Assembly: GCA_002189035.1 (NCBI GenBank)
Contig: NEEC01000029.1
Span: forward strand, 62,001 to 126,000
Source: Utricularia gibba
Taxonomy: Eukaryota; Plantae; Magnoliophyta
Direction: 5' to 3'
Length of the DNA: 64,000 nucleotides
How positions within the stretch are numbered: the first letter of the stretch is position 1; every line of letters begins with the position of its first letter. Of the stretch, positions 28,996 through 43,017 are shown piece after piece. A program made the translations under genes and the position numbers. The notes beneath the pieces were generated by a model. The model was not told where the DNA came from and ran no database searches. It worked only from the letters and a program-made list of their open reading frames with translations.

Positions 28996-29252
28996 GGCAA
29001 CGGCTCCCTCCATCAACACTGCTCGCAGAAACGCCATCCCTGATGGCTGATGACAAGAAGGTAGGCCCCACACTATCGTCACATTAATTACATTAATACT
29101 GTAATAAAATAATTATACTGTCGTTAATTAATATTAATTAGTTATTAATTCATTCGTTGTTGCATTACTAAAAAATAGACAACTGAACTTCAAAATGTTT
29201 AGAATGGTGTCTTTCACCAGATGGTCTCAAATAGTCAACTCGAAATATTAGT

Positions 29253-29347
29253 TGGGCTTATCTCGGATTTGGGATGAGGCCCAAGTAAGCCCAAAAGAGG
29301 GAAGCAAGCGACGATGCTCTATTCCTTGCTTCAATGTCTAGGGTTTT
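29253..29347. promoter_or_regulatory. Site II (TGGGCY) elements plus telo-box in the divergent MAPDA/SmE promoter
   Basis: TGGGCT 29253-29258, AGGCCCA 29277-29283, AGCCCA 29288-29293, and CTAGGGTTT (reverse AAACCCTAG) at ~29338-29346. Confidence 0.6.
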
Positions 29348-29401
29348 GAATTGGAGTTGAAAAAGAGGGGAAAACGGTCGTTGATCGGAGCAGCAGCAGC
29401 C

Positions 29402-29668
29402 ATGGCGAGCACGAAGGTCCAGCGTATTATGACCCAGCCGATTAACCTGATTTTCAGGTTCCTCCAGAGCAAGGCGAGGATTCAGATATGGCTTTTCGAG
29501 CAGAAGGATCTGCGAATCGAGGGCAGAATCATCGGATTCGACGAGTACATGAACCTCGTTTTGGACGACGCCGAGGAGGTTAGCGTCAAGAAAAACAGCA
29601 GGAAGCAGCTCGGCCGGATTCTGCTCAAGGGCGATAACATCACTCTCATGATGAACACCGGCAAGTAG
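29402..29668 (+). CDS. SmE: Small nuclear ribonucleoprotein E (SmE), intronless
   Basis: Uninterrupted [91 protein letters not shown], with Sm1 and Sm2 motifs. Confidence 0.97.
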   Translation: MASTKVQRIMTQPINLIFRFLQSKARIQIWLFEQKDLRIEGRIIGFDEYMNLVLDDAEEVSVKKNSRKQLGRILLKGDNITLMMNTGK

Positions 29669-31529
29669 CCAAGTACTTCACCGCTATGCGGAGCGTATGC
29701 ATTGCCGTGTTTTTAGGTACTAGGTTTTGTCTGGTTCATCCTCTCCCAATTTCATGTATTGCAGCGTGTTGATGGCGAACTTTTCTGTTAATCTGAAATC
29801 TTCGAATTACGTGAAAAAATATGTTCTTTGCTTGCTTTCATCAGCCAAATGACATGAAATCTTTCTTCTTGCTTCACTTTTACCTGTTTTTCATGCAACT
29901 TCTATCTCTGCTGGCATTGCATTGCCTTCACTTTCCGATTCTCGGCGGCCTCACTGAGTTGCCCGTCGCCGTTGGGGAGGATGCTGTTGACTTGCACTTT
30001 GTCCAGCGGAATCCAAGGCATCTGCATCCAACGCAGGAGCAGTGCGATCATGTTCACCTTCACAGACAACAAAGCGGGACTAGACTCGACATTCAGGTAC
30101 GAATTTGCTGTCCTTCATCTCATATTCAGCTTCATAGACATCGTCTGAAGGGTGCCTCCCCAATCACCAGATGTCATAGCACACAGAAGCGCAACAAGAT
30201 ACCCTGAGATCACCAAGGAGGATGCGCAGAACCAGAATCACCAATTGAAGTTTCCTTCACCAAATGCTAGGGAAACATTGAATTGGAAGAAAGCAATGCA
30301 GCTTACGAGTCAAGGCAGCCATACCTAAAGCTCTGCCCACCGGCTTCTTTACATTTGCCATGGAAACATTTTCACTCCTGCCCCGGAGTCTTTGTCACAT
30401 GGACGGCGGCGTGGCACCCACGTGTCGGCCCTGACCCTTTATCCTCTGATCGGGATCCAGGGACCAGACGTGACTTTTGATGATATGTGTGTGAAAAAAC
30501 TGATCTTCCTCTGTCAAATTCACTCCTTTACATCTTTTGCATCTTCCCAGAAAAGAACTGAACACAGAAGGTGAGATTGGAGCCCAGAGCCATGGTACAT
30601 TGCAATGGCACCAATACGAGGAGGAGGAGGAGGGCAGGGGACATTAAATTTGACGGAATATTTCACGTGGTCTTCAACAGAATTGAAACGATGGATGGTC
30701 CTTTTCGGATGTAAATTGTAATAAATAAAAATATTCCCACCCCAATATTACAAAACAGGAAAGAAAACCTACCAGAGCTTTCAATTTCGGACTCAACGGC
30801 CCTTTGCCCTAAAACTAAAAAATTAGTATTAACCTAATCGCTTCCTGATTAGAGTTAATCTATCAAATTATAAATTAGACAAAATTAGTAAATTAAATAG
30901 TATTATATCATCTTAAAACGATATTAATTACGGCTCCTTAACTACCAAACCAGAAAAAAGGTATAAAAATGTGGGGGCTTGTGGCACGTGGTCGCCATGT
31001 CCTAATCTGGCAACCACATCCACCGGTTTCATCTTTTATAAAATAATAAATTTAAATTTGTTTAATTAAAAGATTGCGAAAATATATTTTAAAATCGAAC
31101 TCTAATATATCCTCTGATTTATTTATGATTTTGGATTTAAATATTATAAAATCGAAATAAAAAAATCATGAATTCGAATTTAATATTATTTAACATCATA
31201 TTTTAAAATACTAGTGTGAAATGTGAATAATGTCTCTATTTTGAAAAAGGTTTTTTTAGGTCAAAATATTCCGTATTTGGAAGGGATGGGAAAAGGGGAC
31301 CAATTGACCAAATATGGTATAGCTGCTGAATGTGAGAAAGTTAGGCAATCTTTGTTACGATCCTTTTTTTTACCTGCTCGGTGAAACTGGGGGATTTACT
31401 TTTTGTTACCGTGGGATGAATAAAAGGGATTGCAAGAGTAAAATAAAATTTACTTCACCGCTTCGGTTTCAGCGGGAGCAGGGTGCCTGGATTGGTGCGC
31501 CATAAATAGAGAGCACCGAGCGTTTCTGT

Positions 31530-31548
31530 TGTGTGTGTGTGTGTGTGT
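31530..31548. repeat. (GT)9 microsatellite in the 5' leader of the C2H2 gene
   Basis: tgtgtgtgtgtgtgtgtgt read directly. Confidence 0.9.
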
Positions 31549-31630
31549 ATGCGCGATACAGTGATTCGGAATGTGGATATCTCCGCCGCCGTAGAAAGCC
31601 GGAGGAAATGGAGTTCGTTTGAGGAGGGGG

Positions 31631-32962
31631 ATGCATCCGGAGATGGAGATGGAGGTGGAGATGGAGAAGGCGAAGGTGCCTGCGATTTGGTTCAAGGTAC
31701 GGAGGTCTTTGCAGTGTAAATCGGAACCTGGAGATGTTCACGAGCCTAGCGGAGGCGGCGGCATTCCGAGTAAGAGATCTGGTCGAGATGTGTGCGGTTG
31801 TTCGAGGTCGATTGCGAATTTGAAGGATGTGGTGATTCACGGGAGTAAGAGGCACACAGCGCGGCCGTCGATGTGCAGCCCTAGATCTATCGGAAGCAGC
31901 GAGCTTCTGAATCCGATTACTCATGAGGTTGTGCTTAGCGATTCGTTTTGTGAGCTTAGGATTAGAACTGGTGGTGGAGGTGAAACCGTGTCTGGATTTG
32001 TGGGTATGTTGAAGCCGGGAACGCCGGGACCGGGGCGGTTACACACCGGTGGATGTCAGAAGGCGGGGATTATGGGAAGCCCTGTCCGCCGCACATCCAG
32101 TAGCTTGTCGAGGCGGAGTCATGGGCTTGGTGCTGTTTCTCCACGGCCGAGAAGCTCCTTTGGATCGGATTCTCGCGGTGCACTTTTTTGCCCTAAATGC
32201 GGCGAGCAATTCCTTCGTTGGGAAGCCGTTGAAGAACACCATCTCTCCAAACACGCCGGTAATTTCATCGCATTCGCATATCCCAGTCCATTTCTCTGTA
32301 TCCCCTGTTTCGTCTATTCTTAGATCTTGCGGATTTTTCCAGTCACGGAGCTTGTAGAAGGAGACTCGTCACGAAGAATCGTTGAGATCATCTGCAGAAC
32401 GAGCTCCAGTCGATCGGAAAAGGGAATCGAGAGAATCCTCAAAGTTCACAATATGCAGAAAACATTAGCCCAATTTGAAGAATATCGAGAACTGGTGAAA
32501 ATCAAAGCAAGCAAGCTCTCCAAGAAACACCCACGATGTCTCGCCGATGGCAACGAGCTCCTCCGTTTCCACGGCGCTTCTCTAGAATGTTCCCTCGGCC
32601 TGAAAAACTCCTCCAGTCTCTGCACCTCGGAGAACTGCCGCGTCTGCCGGATTCTGAGAACCGGGTTTTCGACCAAGGAGGAGATGTTAACAGGGGGGAT
32701 CGGAGTTTTCACGGCAGCAACCAGCACAAGAGCATTGGAATCGATTCAGACACTCGACGGGAATCCCAGAAAAGCACTCGTTGTGTGCAGAGTGATCGCC
32801 GGAAGAGTTCACCGGGCACTGGAAAATGTACAGGAAATGGCGGGGCAATCGGGTTTTGATTCCGTTGCCGGAAAAGTTGGAGTTCAGGGAAACGTCGAAG
32901 AGCTGTATCTACTAAGCCCAAGAGCCTTGCTCCCTTGCTTCGTCGTCATCTACAAACTCTGA
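31631..32962 (+). CDS. C2H2 zinc-finger protein with C-terminal PARP-like (ADP-ribosylation fold) region, 2 exons
   Basis: Exons 31631-32258 and 32343-32962: WFKVRRSLQCKSEPGDVHEP, CSRSIANLKDV, CSPRSIGSSELLNPITHEVVL, CPKCGEQFLRWEAVEEHHLSKHAV, IERILKVHN, RCLADGNELLRFHG, VCRVIAGRV, RALLPCFVVIYKL*. Confidence 0.88.
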
Positions 32963-33571
32963 AGACTCCTCACACACTGCCAAATCCAGTAAATACTTCT
33001 CACAAACTGTGGTATGTGTACCAATCATCATCAAACACGTTGCCTTCTTATTCACTTCCCAAAATTCAATCTTTTTCTTCAATGGGCCCACAAGGAATGG
33101 ACTTGTGGTTGACTTTTTAGGACCACAAGTCAGCGGTGGCCACGGCGAGTAAACAGGGGCAACCCCATTGGGGTTAATTTGGTGATCAGTGTGATTAGGT
33201 CATTTAATTACATCGATTTCCACACTCCAAGTTATTTAATTTAATTTATTCGAATTTAAATAAAATTAATTTAATGATATATGATATTAATTAATAGGTA
33301 AAACATTTTTCATGGAATTAAATAAAATTTATTAAATCTCACAAATTAAAGGTAATATAATTTTAAAAAAATTTTAATGAGGAGGATGGAGTTAGTTATT
33401 GAAAGGGCGGACACCTCTCCCTCATGCCACAATATGCCTTCCAACTTCCATCAGGACCAATCATATGTTCTCTAACAAACTCCAACTGCAAGATTCCTCC
33501 TTTTTTCTGCTCTCACAAACACACGTATATATACCACATGGCCTCTCCTTGGTCTCGGCATCGTCCACCCA

Positions 33572-34371
33572 ATGAATCTCAGGAGGGGAAATGGGTCGGA
33601 TTCCGATGCGGAAAACGACGGCAAATTCAAGTCGAAGAACCTCAAGGCGGAGCGGAGGCGACGCAAGAAGATAAACGATCGGCTCTACGAGCTACGCTCT
33701 TTGGTTCCCAACATCTCCAATGTGGGGACTCTCTTCATGTTCCCGTTGTGTCCGATATCGCAACTGCGCTTACTGTTGCTTGGTTGATGCAGATGAACAA
33801 GGCTGCCATTTTCACCGATGCCATTGAGTACATTGAGAAGCTGAAGCAAACTGTGGAGGAGTTGAGTAGCCAACTGAGTGAGATGGAGGAGACCAAAGTG
33901 CGCATCTTTGAAGAAGTTGAGAACGATTTTAAGTATCAGCAGGAGATGAGAAAGTGGGGGATACAAGTAAGCCATCACTACCATGGTCTCAAAAGTGTTA
34001 TCTTTTTTTTCGATCATTCTGGTCTATCGTTTGATTATAGCCGGAAGTCGAGGTGAAGCCGATGGGAGGAGGGAAGCTGTGGATCAAGATTGTGTTTTTG
34101 ATGAGGAGAGGGGGGATCACAAGACTGATGGAAGCAGTGGAAGTGATGGGTTTGGTGTTACTGAGGCAAGCATCACTGCATCAAGAGGGGCGTTTCTAGT
34201 TTGTTTGGCAGCTGAGGTAATAACTACTGCTTCTGTTGTACATAGAATCTGTGAGTTTGAGTGTGGTTGCATTCTGTGCAGGAGAGTCATGGTGGTGTGC
34301 TTGATCACAATCCTGATCAAGTTAGGAAGTTCTTATGGGAAGTTATTTCCCTGAAGAAAGCTCAAGATTAA
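33572..34371 (+). CDS. DYT1: bHLH transcription factor, DYSFUNCTIONAL TAPETUM 1-like, 4 exons, one apparent frameshift
   Basis: FKSKNLKAERRRRKKINDRLYELRSLVPNISN|MNKAAIFTDAIEYIEKL...EMRKWGIQ|PEVEV...LWIKIVF...TRLMEAVEVMG. After a -1 shift at 34148-34153 it reads FGVTEASITASRGAFLVCLAAE|ESHGG...VRKFLWEVIS...*, matching the DYT1 ACT-like C-terminal domain. Confidence 0.82.
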
Positions 34372-34539
34372 CAAGAAGACAATGCTTTTATACCTAATGA
34401 AATGCGACTCTGTGATGCGCTTAAACAAAGAGAAAGCTCTGTTATGAAAGGAAGAGTGGAAATGTACATAGATGCACTTATTCCTATTGCCAGCACGCAG
34501 TAAACACCTTTTAGAACGAAAAGAATAACTCTGATCGAA

Positions 34540-35627
34540 TCAAACAGAAGGCTTCAGCTTCTTTGCAACGGAGGCTATGTGCTTTCCCTGGTGGAAAGCT
34601 TGCCCCAGCTCAAGTTCAGTGGGCTGTCTAGTTCCATCACCCGCATATGTTCCGGCACCATAGGGGCTTCCACCCTTCACCTGCTCCATCTCAAACATCC
34701 CGGCTCCAAAAGTGTAGCCGATTGGGACAAATATCAGACCATGGTGAGCCAACTGTGTTATAGCTGTTAATCTGCACAAGCACCAATCATCAAGGTGTGG
34801 GAAGGTGGATATAATCAATAGCTGACAAACAAAGTATGCTTTAAAGTTATTGGAGTGTGATATCAACTTCAAACTGGAGCTACTCAAATTTCCAAGTTCA
34901 ATAAGCCATTGCCAAACAGGGAACTTACGGTGTAGTCTCTTGGCCACCTCCTTGTGAGCCGGTGCTGTAGAATATCCCGGCAGGCTTCCCAGCAAGAGCC
35001 TGTGTACGCCACAATCCCCCAGTTGCATCCATAAAAGCTTTAAATTGAGCAGCCATCATCCCAAACCTGGTAGGAAATCCGAAAATGAAACCATCGGCCT
35101 CAACAAGTTGATTCGGGGTGATCACAGGCACATCACTCTTCGGTGGAGCTCCCATTTTCCCAAGAACTTCATGGGATAGAGTTTCAGGAACCTGTTCAAG
35201 ACACACACCACATCAACATCCTCCGTGTTATAACAAGGCAACATATTTCACCTATAAAAAACAATTATCTCATACGCTTTTTCACATATATCTAGAATGC
35301 AAACCTGCCATAGCTTGGCTTCAACACCTTCCACCGACTCTGCTCCTTTTTTTATCTCTTGAGCAAGTGTCTCAACATGCCCATACATAGAATAGTAACT
35401 GAACCCCATCACCAGAACAACAAAAACAACTAAAATTCAGAATCTCAAAATCAAATCAAACTCTACTCAAACAATCGCTTAAAACACATTTCAAACAAAC
35501 CCCATCTCATAAACCACCACAAAAAAACAATCCAATCACCCCAACAAGAAAGAAAACAAAAATTGCAAAATAATCGAAGAAAACAATCATGCGGCTACAC
35601 TTACACTATGTAAACTTTGGTTGCCAT
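34540..35627 (-). CDS. FQR1: Flavodoxin-like NAD(P)H:quinone reductase, 4 exons
   Basis: MATKVYIV|[12 protein letters not shown]...AKLWQ|VPETL...[30 protein letters not shown]...[13 protein letters not shown]|[11 protein letters not shown]...[18 protein letters not shown]. Confidence 0.96.
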
Positions 35628-36335
35628 TGCAGCCACGGGATCCGATGCTCAAGCTTCTTCAGGAAAATTATCGATGAATACAACGGAGGCAGCCTGGGGG
35701 GGATTTATACACACGCAAAGGCAGTCGTTGGGCGTTGACAATTCACCTTTTGTTATCAATTTTTCTTCGTCAGTTATCATGATAGACTTCGCATCTACTA
35801 GTAAATGAAGCGGATTAGTTGGAAGCGTCATGATTAGCGTCACCATGACGCGATTAATAATGATTTATAACTTGATTAACGACATTTTCTTTATCGCGTG
35901 GGCCGTAGTCCAGGCTCAATTATCCTGATTGGGCTACGGTGAACCATTTTGATGGCCCAAGTGAATCCAGACCTGCTACTCTCAAGTTTTTTGATTGGTA
36001 AAATATTATGATAAAAATAATTTAATAATGATATTTAAACAAATATACATTAAAATTAAAAATAAAATTAATAATTAATAGATAAATTTTATAAACATAT
36101 ATGTAAAATAATGTTCTATTTGATATATAGAAAAAAAAAACAAAATCACTAGTTTAAAAAATAAATTTTGAAAAACATCATATAAAAGTGTTTTAAAAAA
36201 TAACACATGTATTAAAAAACATGTTTAACTTACCAGGGAGAAAAAGGAAAATACATCCAGGCTTCCATCCCCTTTTGTTCATTGGAGGCCAATGAAGTAG
36301 TTGTAGTAGTTGAAGATTGGGAGCAACATACAGGT

Positions 36336-38867
36336 TTACCAGCTGAGGACATTCTTTGACTGCTGCTGAACTTTAGCAGCATAACATCTTTCAATGTCTT
36401 CCTGCATCTCAATCAAAAGTTCAAGGATGAGACAAACTGCTGCTTGGAGCTCAATGAGGATACCCTTTCCAGAAGTGATATGTAATGCACCTTGCAAGAT
36501 TTTAAAAGGGGTTGCAAGAATGAGGTTCTGAAGTATTTGATTGATCTGCCCAGAGGTGTGTTTTCCAGATCTGTGTATTTTCAGTTTTCAGAAATGAGAG
36601 GTGGTGAGTATTTGTCTCTGGGGTTGGAAGTTGGTTTGATGTTGTACCTTTCTCATCTGCAGTTGCTGAACCTCCAGCGTTAAGTTCTTGAAGAAGCTGA
36701 ACATGGAGGAAGAGAGATGGTCAACTTTTGTAGTTACTCAGAACCAAGAGAAGTGCAAGTCGTAAGGTCTCTCTATTTTTACCCCAGAAAGAGTTGGGGC
36801 ATCAGAAGGGTCGAAGTCTTCGCAATGCTCCGGATCAATTGGCACACAAACGCGGCCTGTACAGCACAAATGCTGGATCAGTGTCAACATGCAAGTGCCA
36901 TATAGTATACTGAAGTTCAATGATTTTTTGCTCCTAACCTGTTTGAGGATGCACGCAAAAGGGTGCTTTCAGCAAGTGGTTCGTGTGTTTAGAGACCTGA
37001 ATCGGCATTCATCAAGAGCAGGCATGCATAGCATGATTTGAATTGTTTCTAAAGTGAATTAGAAATTAATGTAGAACAGTTTACAGACCTCCAAATCAAG
37101 TCTGGGATAGGTGAATGTGAATACAATTTCTTCGACACACCTACGAATACTTTGCCCCTGAATTGCGAAAGGTAAACAATTCGGTGTTTGATTAGACAGC
37201 TTCCTGAATAGAATCTAAAAAAGGCAGCCAAACAATCTCGGAAGAACATTAAGCAGCTAAACTTTCTAATGCATTAAGCTGACCTTTTGTTTCCCTGATT
37301 GCAGGAGATGCTTAAGTTGGCCCCATCTGAAGACATTGATGTCATCCCGTGGCCGCTTATTATCCTGCCATTTTCCTTCTAGCTCTGCTATGATCGCTGA
37401 GATTATTGAAAAAGTCAGCACATTCAAAATCAAGCGAAAATAAAAACTGAAGTACAAAGTTACACATACATTCATCTGGAATCATGCCCAGTATCCTTTC
37501 GTATCTTTCTTTGCTGGAGAATAAATTTTGAGTAGTGATCATGTTTTGCTCAAAGAAATCTCTTAAAACTTCTGTGTACGATCTCCTGCATAAAAGAAAA
37601 GAATGTAAAATGCTGTAACGATAAAACTCATAGTGAATGTTGTAATGAACAACTCGCCAACCCCAGGAAAGGATGAAGAGTTTGCCCTGGTAGGTTGGCC
37701 TTTTTTATGCTATTTCCACTTCCCTGAATGGGAGAAATTTAGAGAAAGACTGAGAGCAATGGATAAAGATACCGGAAGCAAACCCAGCGATTGTGGCAGA
37801 ATTATCACCTTGTGAACATGTAAATAGTCCGCAATAGCAGTCCTCTGCTCGTTGCTCAACCTTATCAATGATAACACTTCAGTAGACATTTTTTTCACAA
37901 AAGGTTGTGGTTTTGTATATTATGCAGCATTACCTTCTCGCTCTTCCATCACAAACCCAACAATGGACACCGCGGCGACCACTGTAAACCCAGAGAATGT
38001 GGTTAAAGCCAAAGTCGTCTGGGTTGAGAACAAGAAAAAGGAAAGTTAGTAATTTGGTCCCTTGAAATCCAGTCCAAAGCAACAAGAACAAACTGAAGAA
38101 TATCTAATACATAAAATCTTAAATAAAGACAAACTAATCATGAAGTAACCTTCTAAGATTTTAATTTTCATAATTTCATACCTCTGAGAGCAGTATCAAT
38201 AACTTTAATTGCAACTGTCATCAATGGCCAGCACACTGAGCAGACATTTGCTCCTGAGCAGCAAAATCGAACATCATCGTAATCCGATATGTCCTATCAG
38301 AAAAATGAAGGAATCAATCACAACAGCATCAAGGGGTATGCTTATGTCCATCTAAAATCGGCTTACAATATCAAATATAAGCTCTCTCTCTACTGGTCGG
38401 AAGACATTATCACCAGATTGCGAATATGCGTGCCTTTTTACAGGCTGCATGACATATGGAATTATCAAAGAAAATGCAAGCAAAAACATAGCATATCAAA
38501 AGAGAAACGTAGATATACATACATCTACATTGTATACTGGCCCAATATCGATTTTGAAGGGGCATTTCTCCTTAATCGAACTTTCCAACTCACCAATATT
38601 GTTGAAAGATTGGAAGCGAAGATACACATTATTCTCCAATGTGAAAGAAAATTCCCTTCTCCCAAAATAAGAATGATCACACCCAGGGTGCTTTCCATCT
38701 GAACAATCAAGTAACCAAGACATTAAAAAAAAAATCTATGAACATAAAAAACATGAATAATCTTGATTACCATTTCCATAGCTCATCCACTTGTACATAT
38801 CAGCGTAAGGAAAGAACTTTCCTGAAGAAAACGAATCCTCAAACACTCAATCTCCAAACTTGGCAAA

Positions 38868-38904
<37 letters not shown>

Positions 38905-39121
38905 ATACTAATCGGTTCAATCGAGGAAAATCATCGCGAAAGAATCGCAGCTACAGAATCAAGTTGGCCAGTCCCTGCCATAAACTTTGGAAACGATTAC
39001 ACAACTAGCATACATAAACCTTAGTACCGTAGTACATCTTGAGATAACTGGGATTGAATACTTCAATAATCTCGTTCAAAGACTTCTGATCTGCTTCCGC
39101 ACCATCGATCTCCATGTCCAT
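36336..39121 (-). CDS. PRIM1: DNA primase small (catalytic) subunit, multi-exon
   Basis: [11 protein letters not shown]|[16 protein letters not shown]|DGKH...RREFSFTL...[11 protein letters not shown]|...RELIFDI|[14 protein letters not shown]...|[15 protein letters not shown]|...YPRLDLE|[20 protein letters not shown]|RVCVPIDP...|...SKNVLSW*. All checked junctions are in frame. Confidence 0.95.
38871..38902. repeat. Poly(A)32 tract in PRIM1 intron 1
   Basis: 32 consecutive A on the plus strand (T on the sense strand). Confidence 0.9.
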
Positions 39122-39353
39122 TTTACTGAATTCAGTTCCCTTCAAACAAATTCAACTTCTCCTGAAACCAGATCAAGAAAAGCATTAATTACACCAAGGA
39201 AAAAGACTGCTCAAAATTAAAACCCTTGGGAATGCATGATCCAACGAATAGAACGCATAAAGGCCCCCATTTACACTAAACGGCGATGATACGAGAGCGA
39301 GACTTCACCCCGAACGGAGAAAAATGCGGGAAGAAGTCTGCAGAGTACGACAT

Positions 39354-39367
39354 TTTTGGCGCGAAAA
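39354..39367. promoter_or_regulatory. Overlapping double E2F-binding site upstream of PRIM1
   Basis: TTTTGGCGCGAAAA gives TTTGGCGC on plus and TTTCGCGC on minus (consensus TTTSSCGS), about 230 bp upstream of the primase ATG. Confidence 0.7.
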
Positions 39368-40696
39368 CTAACGTGGGCCGTTACGGAATCGGATCATAGA
39401 TTGGGCCAGTAGCATATTACGGCCCATTACAATGCTCAATTATTATATTATTATTATTAACAGTGGCAAAAATCTGTCTTGGTTTCCGGAGAAACTCGCG
39501 CTTCTTGTCCTCGCAGCCGTAGTATCTACCCTCGCCTTCGCCGGCCACCAGAGGTTATTTAGGCCTAGAATGAAGATGAGGTTTTCGTTCGCTGGATATC
39601 TGATTTGGTTCCGAATACAGAAGTGAGACTTTCCGGGGAATGGCCATGAATTGGTCATAGGTTGATCGGTATTCTTGATCTGGTTGTTTTTGCTGTTAAA
39701 ATGTGCCGTTTTCCCACGGACACTCGAACAGTTTCGTTCGATGTTCGTACCCATTTTTGAACTGTTACTCGAACCGGCTTCGCAACTCGTGATGATCGGA
39801 TACTCTCCCACCCACCAGAACCACCAGCGCGGTGGACCCAATAGCCGATTGCGCCGCCGTACTCCGGTGCCTCCTCTCTGTATCCATATCGCGGAAGCAA
39901 TCGCCCATCCGTTTCCTCTTATCGAGGCGATAGTTCTCATTGATTAATTCACGCTTTGCCGTTTTGTATGACATGGAGAGATATTTGCCGATTTTGAAAG
40001 GAGCCTTGTCTGCTTTCTGGTAAAGCAATGGATATGCATTGAGTATTCTTCTTCTATCCCATTGGAATTTTGTGATGGATCTTTAAAACCAATATGCCTT
40101 ATCCCCTCACCGTCACTCTTTATTCTTCTTCTTCGTCGTCTTTTTCTCACCCTTTTTCACGATCCACAGGTAGAATTCTGAATGTCATCGATGATCGACA
40201 CAGTTAACATTTTCAGGGAGTGATACAAATTACAGATGAGCGGCAATAATTGCGCAAAGATGCGTTCTTTCTACCCTTTTTCTGGTGTGATTAGTGATTA
40301 CCATTTTCAACTGAATTTCTTGCGTGGTAAACGGCAGTCTGGTGTCGGGCGACGACATTATCCACCAACTCAAATGATTCATCCTTAAACAATCTTGAAA
40401 CATAAATGTCGCGGCAGCTGGCATGGCCCTTCTCTCCTGACTCATCAAGATTCAATTTTTAATCTTGAGAATTTTTACAGTTTCTTCAACCCCTACGATT
40501 AACCCGAGTAAATAGAAAAACTTTGCTTTTTCTAGTTTCTTCCACACCTCCGATTTTTACTGGCAGATTCTTTTCGTCCTTATTTATTCCCTGCACGGGT
40601 TGTCATCTTAGTTCCAAGTTCATCGCTGTGCTGTGTGTGCTTCCCCGTAGTAAAAAACGATATTTGATTTGTGGGTTTCGCTGGTTCATCGAAATC

Positions 40697-42681
<1,985 letters not shown>

Positions 42682-43017
42682 TCACTCAGGATTATTAGCT
42701 GTGTTTGTACCATTCTGTTTCCTTCAAGGGACTCAGTCTGCTCCCAGTCTTTATCTTCCAGGCGCTGAAATAATAACATCTACCTCTCTTTTTAATCCAT
42801 ACTGGGAACCTATCTCTACAAGCCCTCTTTCCACTACTCCATATTACCCATTTTGAAAGTAATGCCTCATCTTTGAGGAAATGTGCTACAACTGTTAAGG
42901 GCCATTGCCAAAGTTATGATAAAAATGGGCCACAATGTGTTAAGTAACCGTGAAGCAGTAGTAGCAGCGCACTGCAAGATCATAATGCAGAAGTCAGTCC
43001 ACAGGTATGAATCTGAG

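Noticed and set aside
29351-29401. TTG-initiated N-terminal extension of SmE in the ORF track
   Set aside because: Conserved SmE starts at MASTKVQ (ATG 29402); the extension overlaps the telo-box and 5' UTR.
29755-29775. TGCAGCGTGTTGATG resembling miR397
   Set aside because: Imperfect match, no fold-back partner seen, and it lies in the SmE 3' region.
31450-32921. Antisense and alternative-frame ORFs over the C2H2 gene, and similar shadow ORFs over OSCA, ALE1, GLDT, PPR, PLR and DUR3
   Set aside because: They are shadows of GC-rich real coding sequence with no recognisable motifs.
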